NCBI GenBank assembly: GCA_041690135.1
Contig: JAWLHY010000001.1
Coordinates: forward strand, 1,312,001-1,376,000
Origin: Armatimonadota bacterium
GTDB lineage: Bacteria > Armatimonadota > SYMT01
Direction: 5' to 3'
DNA length: 64,000 nucleotides
Shown here: in pieces, positions 10,071-18,208 of the stretch
Layout of the letters: every line of letters begins with the position of its first letter
Numbering within the stretch: position 1 is the stretch's first letter
Position numbers and translations under genes: made by a program
Notes under the pieces: generated by a model
Database searches by the model: none
What the model was told of the DNA's origin: nothing
The model's input: only the letters and a program-made list of their open reading frames with translations

Positions 10071-10355
10071 ATGGACGAACAAGAGGCAATCCAGCAGTTT
10101 CTGGGGGACCGGCCGGATACGGCCCAACTTCGTGAGTGGCGGACCACCCTGGAAGACCGCCTGAAGGCGCTGAAGGGTGAGCGTGAGCGGCTGAATGGCG
10201 ATACGGCGGATAAGCTCGACAGCCGGATCGCGCAACTTGAGAAGCAGATCACCGCACTTTCGGAAGAGGAGGCGATCACGCAGTTCGTCGAGGATTCCGT
10301 ACGAGTGACGCTAGCCATGGGAACGGTTTCGGACGGTATGGATGAATTGGACTAA
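10071..10355 (+). CDS. Hypothetical coiled-coil protein
   Basis: Heptad-like helical composition; first gene of the mtaB operon. Confidence 0.75.
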   Translation: MDEQEAIQQFLGDRPDTAQLREWRTTLEDRLKALKGERERLNGDTADKLDSRIAQLEKQITALSEEEAITQFVEDSVRVTLAMGTVSDGMDELD

Positions 10356-10375
10356 CACGGCGACTGGAAAGGAGT

Positions 10376-10738
10376 ATGGAAGTGGAAGTCAGGGATACAC
10401 ATCGACTGGGCGCGCGGATGCTGGCCATCAACATCCGTCTGGCGGAGCTGGACCACGAGTTGCAGCGTACCCAGGTGCGCGTTCATCACTTGGAAGCACA
10501 GTTGGAAGACGCCCGCCTGGCGCGCATGGTCGGTGAGGACGCCGGGAACCCCGAAGAGATCGTGCCCGAACTGGAGCAGTCGCGCGACAAATTGGAGAAC
10601 CAGCGCTCCTTCATCAGTGGCGTGCGGGCCAACCTGCGCCAGGCGCGCGCGGATTACATGATGGCCCGAGTGGCGGAACGCCGCGAGGAGCGCCGGTTGG
10701 AAGCCGAGCGAGCCGCGGAAGACGACCCGGTGGAATAA
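10376..10738 (+). CDS. Hypothetical coiled-coil protein
   Basis: AAAGGAG RBS; helical heptads; co-oriented, 14 nt before mtaB. Confidence 0.75.
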   Translation: MEVEVRDTHRLGARMLAINIRLAELDHELQRTQVRVHHLEAQLEDARLARMVGEDAGNPEEIVPELEQSRDKLENQRSFISGVRANLRQARADYMMARVAERREERRLEAERAAEDDPVE

Positions 10739-10752
10739 CGGACGGAGACTTC

Positions 10753-12123
10753 ATGTCCACGACACGGAAGCCTCGGGCGAGCCTCCACACGCTCGGGTGT
10801 AAAGTCAACCAGTACGAAACTCGGGAGACGGCGGCGGAGTTGCTCGCACTCGGCTACGAGGTCGTGCCCTTCGGACAGCCGGTGGATGTCTGCGTCGTCA
10901 ATACCTGTTCGGTAACGAATGAGGCGGACGTGAAGTCCCGCGCGGCCATCCGCCGCGCGGGACGCACCGGCGACGATCCGCTCATCGTGGCCACCGGGTG
11001 CTATGCGGATGTGGCGCCCGAGGAAGTGGCGGGCCTGCCCGGCGTGGCGGCCGTGGTCCCCAACCGCGAGAAGCCGCGCCTGGCCGAGATCGTGGACGAA
11101 ACGGTGCGGCTCAGTGGCCGGCTGCTATTCGATCTTCCCGCCGCCGAACCAGCTGCACCCGAATCGGCTCCCCGGGAAGAGGGCCTGATCCAACTGCTCC
11201 ACGCCGCGGAAGGGGTGATGGCCCGGACCCGCGCGGTGATCAAGATTCAGGACGGCTGCAACCACTTTTGCTCCTTCTGCATCATCCCGTTCGCGCGAGG
11301 ACGCCTGCGTAGCCGCGCGGCGGCAGAGGTCTTGCAGGAGGCTCGCGTGCTGGCGAAGCGCGGCTATCGTGAATTGGTCCTGACGGGGATTTGCATCGGC
11401 GATTACGGGGATGAGAAGGGATTCGCGCGGGGAGAGCGGGACCCGCTGGCCCTTTTGTTGGAAGACCTGGCCGCGATACCCGGCATCGAACGGATTCGCT
11501 TGAGCTCGATCGACCCCGCGGATACCAGTCGCGACCTGTTGGAGACCATGGCCCGCGTTCCCCAGGTCTGCCGGCACCTGCACCTCTCTCTCCAGGCGGG
11601 GGACGAAGAGGTGCTGCGGCGGATGCGCCGGCGCTATACCGCGGCGCGGTTCAGCGAGCTTGTGTCGCAGATTTACGAATGGATGCCGGATGCCGGTCTC
11701 ACCTGCGACGTGATCGTGGGCTTCCCCGGCGAGACCGAGGAGCAGTTCGCGCAGACCTATTCGCTGTGCGAGCAGTCCCGGTTCTGCAAGATTCACGCAT
11801 TTCCCTACAGCCCGCGGAGCGGCACCCAGGCGGCGCGTTGGGAGGACGATGTTCCCGCGGCGGAGAAGCAACGGCGCGTGCGCGAGTTGGTCGCGCTCTC
11901 CGACCGGCTTGGGTTGGAGTTTAGCCAGCGCTACCTGGGGGAAACGGTGACCGTGCTGGTGGAACAGCGCGACCGGCGTACGGGCCTCCTGGGTGGGCTG
12001 ACGGGGAACTATCTCCGCGTCAGTTTCGAGGGCGATGATCGCTTGCGGGGGCAAATCCTGCCCGTCCAGGTGCAAAGCGCCGGATCGGAAGGGTGCTCGG
12101 GTACGCCTGTCGAAACTCCGTAG
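10753..12123 (+). CDS. mtaB: tRNA t6A37 methylthiotransferase
   Basis: TLGCKVNQYE, NTCSVT, KIQDGCNHFCSFC radical-SAM motif, C-terminal TRAM-like GLTGNY. Confidence 0.95.
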   Translation: MSTTRKPRASLHTLGCKVNQYETRETAAELLALGYEVVPFGQPVDVCVVNTCSVTNEADVKSRAAIRRAGRTGDDPLIVATGCYADVAPEEVAGLPGVAAVVPNREKPRLAEIVDETVRLSGRLLFDLPAAEPAAPESAPREEGLIQLLHAAEGVMARTRAVIKIQDGCNHFCSFCIIPFARGRLRSRAAAEVLQEARVLAKRGYRELVLTGICIGDYGDEKGFARGERDPLALLLEDLAAIPGIERIRLSSIDPADTSRDLLETMARVPQVCRHLHLSLQAGDEEVLRRMRRRYTAARFSELVSQIYEWMPDAGLTCDVIVGFPGETEEQFAQTYSLCEQSRFCKIHAFPYSPRSGTQAARWEDDVPAAEKQRRVRELVALSDRLGLEFSQRYLGETVTVLVEQRDRRTGLLGGLTGNYLRVSFEGDDRLRGQILPVQVQSAGSEGCSGTPVETP

Positions 12124-12135
12124 GGGTAACTCACG

Positions 12136-12477
12136 ATGTCCTGTATTTTTTGCCGGATCGCCGCGGGCGAAATTCCCACGAATAAAGTTGTGGAGAACGA
12201 CCACGTGGTGGCGTTTCACGATCTCAACCCGCAGGCTCCCGTGCATGTCCTGGTGATACCCATGCGGCATGTGGTGAACGTGGGGAGCGCCGAGCCCGCC
12301 GATGCGGAGGCCCTGGCGCAGGTCCTCCTCGCCTGTCGCCAGGTGGCGGAGAAGTGCGGCGTTGCCGAAAGCGGTTTTCGGGTGGTGCTCAATACCAACG
12401 CCGACGCCGGCCAGAGTGTCGACCACCTGCATGCTCATGTCCTGGGTGGCCGCCATCTGGCGTGGCCGCCGGGGTAG
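12136..12477 (+). CDS. Histidine triad nucleotide-binding protein
   Basis: CIFCRI, PQAPVHVLVIP, HLHAHVLGGR..WPPG. Confidence 0.95.
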   Translation: MSCIFCRIAAGEIPTNKVVENDHVVAFHDLNPQAPVHVLVIPMRHVVNVGSAEPADAEALAQVLLACRQVAEKCGVAESGFRVVLNTNADAGQSVDHLHAHVLGGRHLAWPPG

Positions 12478-12479
12478 CC

Positions 12480-12509
12480 TTGACTGTGCGCGGGAAGGTC
12501 CCGTATACT
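12480..12509 (+). promoter_or_regulatory. Sigma70-type promoter of rpsU
   Basis: TTGACT-18 nt-TATACT. Confidence 0.7.
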
Positions 12510-12563
12510 GTGGGTTGCGTCCGCCTGTCGGACATCCATCTTACAAGGGAAGGGGTGAACTAG

Positions 12564-12761
12564 TTGGCTCAGGTCCAGGTTAAGCCGAATGAATCGCTGG
12601 ATCAGGCGCTGCGCCGCTTTAAGAAGCAGCTGCAGCAGTCCGGCATTCTCAAGGAAGCGCGCGAGCACGAGCATTATGAAAAGCCGAGCGATAAGAAGCG
12701 CAAGGCGATGGCGGCGCGCCGGCGCAAGGCGCGTGCGGATGCTATGCGGGCTCGCGGGTAA
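12564..12761 (+). CDS. rpsU: 30S ribosomal protein S21 (TTG start)
   Basis: [18 protein letters not shown]; AAGGGGTG RBS. Confidence 0.95.
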   Translation: MAQVQVKPNESLDQALRRFKKQLQQSGILKEAREHEHYEKPSDKKRKAMAARRRKARADAMRARG

Positions 12762-12982
12762 GCCGGCTTTCACATCCTTCTAAATGCTGATTAGCAATGG
12801 GGCCGCCGGGGACTCTTCCTCGACGCGAAACACCGGCGGTCCCTCTATTCATCGGTCCAGCTCTATTACTTTCGTAGCAAACCGATTCCCTCACAGGCCG
12901 TGCATCGCATCGGGTGAGCCCCGTGAGATCAGCGTAAGCCCCCGGTCTCACGTCACCAGGTCCGCACGAGGACAGGACACCC

Positions 12983-15217
12983 TTGTCCACCAGGTCTAGC
13001 CGCAAGAAAAAGTTAACCCGCGCGCAGGTGGTGTGGAGACGCTGGGTAGACTGGCGTAAGATCCTGATCGCCGTCTGCACGGGCATCTTTATTGCCGCTC
13101 TCCTCACCGTTCGCCTGCTTCCCGATAAGGTGGCGGTAAAGCCCGGGGACGCGGCTCCTGGAGATGTGTTCGCCGGTCGCTACGTCCGTTATCCGGACCA
13201 CGTCCGTACGGAGCACCTTCGCGACCTTGTGGCGAAACAGGTTCCCCGGGTCTACCATCCCGTGGCCAACGCCGACTCCGAGTCCCGCGGCGAGATTCGC
13301 GCGTTCTTTGAGGCGGCCGCGCAACTCCGTGACGAGAAGCCTGTCCCACCGAAGGAGCAGCAGCTCCAGCGGCTATCCAAAGCAGCGCCAAACCTCGCCC
13401 CCGAGCATCTGGAGATCGCGCTCCGCCTCCGCGGACCTCAGTTGAGAGCGGCGGAACAGAGCGCTCTCCGCTTGGCGGCCGACGTGATGCGGCGTCCGAT
13501 CTCGCCCGAGAACCTGGAAGATGAGCGGGCCTGGGTGCGGAGTCGCACCTCGGATGCAAACCTCACGCCCGAGGCAAATACCCTGGTCCGGGAAATCGTG
13601 GCCGTCAATTTGCTCGCCAACCAGCATTACAACGAGCAGGAGACGGAAGCGGCCCGCCGGCGGGAGCGTGAGCGGGTGGCCACCCAATATGAAACGATCC
13701 GCCGTGGCGATCTGATCCTCCGGAAGGGCGATACGGTCACCGAGGAGCACATGTCCAAGCTCCGTGCCCTCGGCCTCGTGCGGGAACAGATCGATGTCTG
13801 GACCGCCGTTAGCCTAATCCTCCTGGCTTTCGGTCTGGTCGCGGTCTTCTGTCTCTACCTCTACCAGTTCCACCCACGGATCCTGCGCAGCGTCAACGAA
13901 CTACTGCTCATCTCGGTTGTGGTTTGCGGCTGTTTGTTGCTGTACCGCCTGGGCAGCACCGCGTTGGGGCTGCGATTTTCCGGTGAACAGCTCGGCTTCA
14001 TCGGCATGGTCTGCTCCGCCCTGGGGGCGATGCTCATCGCCTCTCTGTTGTGCCCGCAGATCGCGGTTTTCGTCGGGGTGGCCCTGGCGCTGCTGACCTC
14101 CGTGCAGGTTGGCGCCGAGTTGAAGTTCGCGATCCTCTCGATCGTGAGTAGCCTGGTGGGAGTGCAGGCGGTCAGCACGATCCGCAACCGGGACGGCATT
14201 CTGCGCGCCTGTTTCACCGTCTCGGCCGTAAATGCGGTTACGGCGTTGGTGGCGCACGGGGCAACGGAAGCGACGTTGCCCAACGAGCTGTCGCAGTTGG
14301 GGCAGAACGCCGTTTGGGCCACCGGCGGCGGCTTCATGTCGGTGATGCTTTTTGTGCTCTTTGCTGCGTGGCTGGAGCGCCCCTTCCGGCTGACCACCCA
14401 TCTCACTCTCCTGGAGCTCTCCGATCCCAGCCATCCGCTCCTTCGCCGGTTGCAAATGGAGGCGCCCGGCACGTATCACCACAGCATCATCGTGGGGAAC
14501 CTGTCCGAGGCCGCCGCGGAAGCGATCGGTGCCGATGCACTCTTCTGTCGGGTCTCCTCGCTTTATCACGACGTGGGGAAGGTAGTGCGGCCGCACTTCT
14601 TCGTGGAGAACCAGTCGTCCGAGAACCTGCACGACAACATCAATCCTTCCCTCTCCTCGCTGATCGTCACATCGCACGTGAAGGATGGCGTGGAACTGGC
14701 GGAGGAGCATCGTCTGCCGCCGCCCCTCATCGCCATCATCCGCGAGCATCACGGCACCTGCCTCATCAAGTACTTCTACCACCGGGCCGTTACCACGGGC
14801 GAAGAGGCCTCGCCTGCGCTGGAGTTCCAGTTCCGCTACGAGGGCCCTCGCCCGCAAACCAAGGAATCCGGAATCATCATGGTGGCCGACGCGGTAGAGG
14901 CGGCCTCCCGGACGTTGGATAAGCCCACCCCAGGTAGGATTCGTGATCTGATCGAACGGATCGTGCGCGACCGTTTGACCGACGGGCAGTTCGACGAGTG
15001 TGAGCTGACCTTTAAGGATCTGGAAAAGGTCATCACCTCCATGACCCGATCACTCACTAGCCTGCTCCACGCGCGGGTAGAATATCCTGTAGGGGATACA
15101 TCGGAGATGAGGAGACTGGCGGCGGATGGAGCTGCAGGTAAAGAATCTATGGGGAAGGCGCTATCCGATACCCCGGAAGCAGCTCCTGGACCTTACAGCC
15201 GCCCTGTTGGACGCTGA
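12983..15217 (+). CDS. 7TM-HD phosphohydrolase (PgpH-like c-di-AMP phosphodiesterase family)
   Basis: Extracellular domain, 7 TM segments, [30 protein letters not shown]. Confidence 0.9.
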   Translation: MSTRSSRKKKLTRAQVVWRRWVDWRKILIAVCTGIFIAALLTVRLLPDKVAVKPGDAAPGDVFAGRYVRYPDHVRTEHLRDLVAKQVPRVYHPVANADSESRGEIRAFFEAAAQLRDEKPVPPKEQQLQRLSKAAPNLAPEHLEIALRLRGPQLRAAEQSALRLAADVMRRPISPENLEDERAWVRSRTSDANLTPEANTLVREIVAVNLLANQHYNEQETEAARRRERERVATQYETIRRGDLILRKGDTVTEEHMSKLRALGLVREQIDVWTAVSLILLAFGLVAVFCLYLYQFHPRILRSVNELLLISVVVCGCLLLYRLGSTALGLRFSGEQLGFIGMVCSALGAMLIASLLCPQIAVFVGVALALLTSVQVGAELKFAILSIVSSLVGVQAVSTIRNRDGILRACFTVSAVNAVTALVAHGATEATLPNELSQLGQNAVWATGGGFMSVMLFVLFAAWLERPFRLTTHLTLLELSDPSHPLLRRLQMEAPGTYHHSIIVGNLSEAAAEAIGADALFCRVSSLYHDVGKVVRPHFFVENQSSENLHDNINPSLSSLIVTSHVKDGVELAEEHRLPPPLIAIIREHHGTCLIKYFYHRAVTTGEEASPALEFQFRYEGPRPQTKESGIIMVADAVEAASRTLDKPTPGRIRDLIERIVRDRLTDGQFDECELTFKDLEKVITSMTRSLTSLLHARVEYPVGDTSEMRRLAADGAAGKESMGKALSDTPEAAPGPYSRPVGR

Positions 15218-15578
15218 AGGGATTCCCAACCGGGGCGCGGAGGTGTCGGTGGTCTTCTGCGACGACGCCTTCATCCATACGCTCAACCGGGACTATCGCG
15301 GCTTCGATAAGCCTACTGACGTCTTGAGTTTTCCCCAGGATGTGGAAGCCGGCGTGCTGGGAGATGTGGTGATTTCAGTTCCCACCGCCGCCCGCCAGGC
15401 GGAAGCGCAGGGGCATGCGTTGGAGCGAGAAGTCGAATGGCTGTACGTCCACGGCCTGCTGCACCTCGTGGGCTACGATGATTCGACCGATGAAGAAGCC
15501 GAAGAGATGAACCGTCGCGCTCGGATCGTTCTGGAACGACTGGCTGCACTGCAGAGCGGCCAGACTGTCGAGCAGTAG
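15126..15578 (+). CDS. ybeY: rRNA maturation RNase YbeY
   Basis: [32 protein letters not shown]. Confidence 0.93.
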   Translation: MELQVKNLWGRRYPIPRKQLLDLTAALLDAEGIPNRGAEVSVVFCDDAFIHTLNRDYRGFDKPTDVLSFPQDVEAGVLGDVVISVPTAARQAEAQGHALEREVEWLYVHGLLHLVGYDDSTDEEAEEMNRRARIVLERLAALQSGQTVEQ

Positions 15579-15580
15579 TC

Positions 15581-16342
15581 GTGCTGCGCTCAAAGAGCCC
15601 CATCGATAGTTTCGGTCACGCCCTGAACGGGGTGCTGCTGAGTTTTCGCACGCAGCGGCACCTGCGTATCCATTTCGTGCTGGCGGTGCTCGTCCTGGTG
15701 GCGGGCTTCCTCTGGAACCTGACGCGGGCGGAGCTCCTCATTCTCACCTTTGCCATTGCGCTGGTGATCATGGCGGAGTTGTTCAACACGGCAGTGGAGA
15801 CGGTCGTCGACCTGATTACCACGGACTACCATCCTCTCGCCAAAGTCGCCAAGGATGTGGCGGCGGGCGCGGTGCTGGTCACCGCCGTCAACGCCGCTCT
15901 CTGTGGAGTGCTCCTGTTTCTTGATGTGGAAGCGCTCCGGAAGCGTCTGCACTATCCCCCGGAAGAGGGGAACCCGGTGCAGGTCTTCGCCGTCGGTTTC
16001 GTGCTCCTACTCATTCTTCTCGTCATCTGGAAGGTAAAGGGAGGCCGCGGGACTTTTCTCCACGGTGGGGTGGTGAGCGGGCATTCCGCCATCGCGTTCT
16101 TCCTTTGTACGATCATACTGCTGCTCACGCAGCATCCCCTGGTCGCATTCGTCGCGATCTTGCTTGCCTTGCTGGTGTCCCAGAGCCGGGTGGAAGCCGG
16201 CGTACACTCCGTCCGGGAAGTGCTCTTCGGTGCGCTGCTGGGAATGCTCATTCCCGTGCTCCTGTACCGGATGATCCCTGCTGTGATCCAACAGTTCTCC
16301 GGACGGCTCCTGGGAGCCGGGAATTGGATCCATGGACCCTGA
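15581..16342 (+). CDS. dgkA: DgkA-type kinase fused to PAP2-like phosphatase domain
   Basis: ELFNTAVE..VD, AKDVAAGAV; C-terminal SGHSA and SRVEAGVHS. Confidence 0.88.
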   Translation: MLRSKSPIDSFGHALNGVLLSFRTQRHLRIHFVLAVLVLVAGFLWNLTRAELLILTFAIALVIMAELFNTAVETVVDLITTDYHPLAKVAKDVAAGAVLVTAVNAALCGVLLFLDVEALRKRLHYPPEEGNPVQVFAVGFVLLLILLVIWKVKGGRGTFLHGGVVSGHSAIAFFLCTIILLLTQHPLVAFVAILLALLVSQSRVEAGVHSVREVLFGALLGMLIPVLLYRMIPAVIQQFSGRLLGAGNWIHGP

Positions 16343-17708
16343 CCCCTGGTTATACTCGGCAGTCGTTCTCGTCATTCTCCTGCTGCTCGCCCTGGCGCTC
16401 CTTTCGAGCCTGGAGACCGCTGTGCTCTCTGCCCGGCGTTCGCGTTTGGCTCACCTGCAACCTTCTCCCGCCGTGCAACGCGCGGAAGCAGTCCTGGAGG
16501 ACCCGAACCAGTTCCAGAGCAGCGCGCACCTCGCCAAGTCGTTCTGCGAGGCTGCCATTTATCCGGCTGCCGCCATTGCCGGCCTCGACCTGGCTCTCCG
16601 CGTGGCGGGCCCACAGGCTGTCGCTTCGGGGCCCTTCAGCCTTCTCACCCTCGCCTGGCCGGGACTGCTGCTGGGTCCCCTGCTGGCCTACTTTTGCGTG
16701 GTCCTGTTGGGTGAGGTGCTGCCCAAGGCGGTGGCAACGCGGCATCCGGAGCAAACGCTGCTCCGCTGGTCCGGTTTCATCCGCACTTTCACGCTGGCTT
16801 TCACCCCCTTTCACTGGCTGGCCCGCCAGGCCGCCCAGGCCCTGACGCTTCCGATTGGGGTAGCACCCCACCTGGCAACGCGCGCCGCCCATTCGGAAGA
16901 GGAGATCAAGCTACTGGTGGAGGACAGCGCCGAGGAAGGCGTGCTCGAAGAGGACGAGAAGGAGATGATCCAGTCGATCTTCGAGTTTACCGACACCATT
17001 GCGCGCCAGATCATGGTGCCCCGGATCGACATTCACAGCGCCCGCGAGGAGGCCTCCCTCGACGAGTTGGTGGGTGTTGCGCTGGAAAGCGGCCATTCGC
17101 GAATTCCCGTCTATCGCGACACGCTCGACCGTGTCGTGGGCATCGTCCATGTCAAAGACCTGTTGCCTTACCTGGTGAAAGGCAAACTCAACACGCCGAT
17201 CCGTACCCTGATGCGCGAACCGTTCTTCGTGCCGGAAGGCAAGAAGATCGATGAGCTGCTCCAGGAGTTCCGCTCCCACAAGAGCCAGCTGGCCATCGTG
17301 GTGGATGAGTACGGCGGGACCAGCGGATTGGTGACCATTGAAGACGTGCTGGAAGAGATCGTCGGCGAGATCGAGGACGAATACGATGTCGAAGAGCAAC
17401 CGGGTGCTGAAGTTCTCGCGGCCGGCGAAGGGGCGTTGATTGATGCCCGGATGTCCGTAGACGACGTTAACGAGTCGCTCGGTTTCGACCTGCCCCAGGG
17501 CGACTACGATACCCTCGGCGGCTTCGTGTTCAGCCTGTTTGGTCGCCCGCCTTCGGTAGGGGATGCCGTGAGCCACAACGGATACGAGTTCGTGGTGGAA
17601 GCCACGGAGGGCCTCCGCATCCTCAAGGTTCGGGTGCTTCTGCACCCGAATGAAGACGAGCCGGCCGCTCCCGATGCCGCATCCTTTTCCGTTTCCGAGC
17701 CCTCCTGA
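16332..17708 (+). CDS. CNNM/CBS/CorC (hemolysin-family) transporter
   Basis: GEVLPKA, QIMVPR, HSRIPVY, VDEYGGTSGLVTIEDVLEEIVGEI, YDTLGG. Confidence 0.93.
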   Translation: MDPDPWLYSAVVLVILLLLALALLSSLETAVLSARRSRLAHLQPSPAVQRAEAVLEDPNQFQSSAHLAKSFCEAAIYPAAAIAGLDLALRVAGPQAVASGPFSLLTLAWPGLLLGPLLAYFCVVLLGEVLPKAVATRHPEQTLLRWSGFIRTFTLAFTPFHWLARQAAQALTLPIGVAPHLATRAAHSEEEIKLLVEDSAEEGVLEEDEKEMIQSIFEFTDTIARQIMVPRIDIHSAREEASLDELVGVALESGHSRIPVYRDTLDRVVGIVHVKDLLPYLVKGKLNTPIRTLMREPFFVPEGKKIDELLQEFRSHKSQLAIVVDEYGGTSGLVTIEDVLEEIVGEIEDEYDVEEQPGAEVLAAGEGALIDARMSVDDVNESLGFDLPQGDYDTLGGFVFSLFGRPPSVGDAVSHNGYEFVVEATEGLRILKVRVLLHPNEDEPAAPDAASFSVSEPS

Positions 17709-17786
17709 AGTCCGGAAGGGCTCGCTCACAGGGGGGATGAGCCGCAGTAAATGCCCGCGCGCCCTGGGAACTGCTGCCTTCAGCCC

Positions 17787-17965
17787 GCGTGCTACGTCCG
17801 GCTGCTACCAGCCGGACGTAGCACGCCTCGGCTTGTAGTAGCCGGGCTTTAGCCCACGTGTTCGCGAGCCTGATCACGGCGCCTGCTTGGAACAACAACC
17901 ACATTCCATGTTTACGGTTCCCCCAGGCTTGTAGTAGCCGGGCTTCAGCCCGCGTGTTCGCGAGC
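17787..17965. repeat. GTAG-type REP cluster: perfect 18-bp hairpin plus two 40-bp direct repeats
   Basis: gcgtgctacgtccggctg-ctac-cagccggacgtagcacgc; ggcttgtagtagccgggcttYagcccRcgtgttcgcgagc at 17830 and 17926. Confidence 0.85.
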
Positions 17966-18138
17966 TTGGCGATGGAGCCTGTTGTGGGGCAAGTAACCCC
18001 GTCCGTGTGTACGGTTCCCCGGGTCAGGGGCGCCAAAGGGCCTGGTCGTGGACACAGACAGCGCAAGAGCGTCTTGTGACCAGCCTGACCATCCGCATCT
18101 GTGGCGTTGAAGCGCTTCCCCTTTAGGGTTGTGCAGAA

Positions 18139-18176
18139 GAAAGGGGTGGTGCAACATCTGTTGCGCCACCCCTTTC
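18139..18176 (-). terminator. Intrinsic terminator downstream of SBBP gene
   Basis: Long GC-rich stem ending in TTTCTTCT on the minus strand. Confidence 0.65.
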
Positions 18177-18208
18177 AGGCGTTCAGCTAATTCGCGCCGG
18201 TCGGCTTC

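Noticed and set aside
10376-10738. RsiG-like c-di-GMP anti-sigma partner for the WhiG-like sigma
   Set aside because: ENQRSFISGVRANLRQARAD only partly resembles E(X3)S(X2)R(X3)Q(X3)D and the spacing does not fit.
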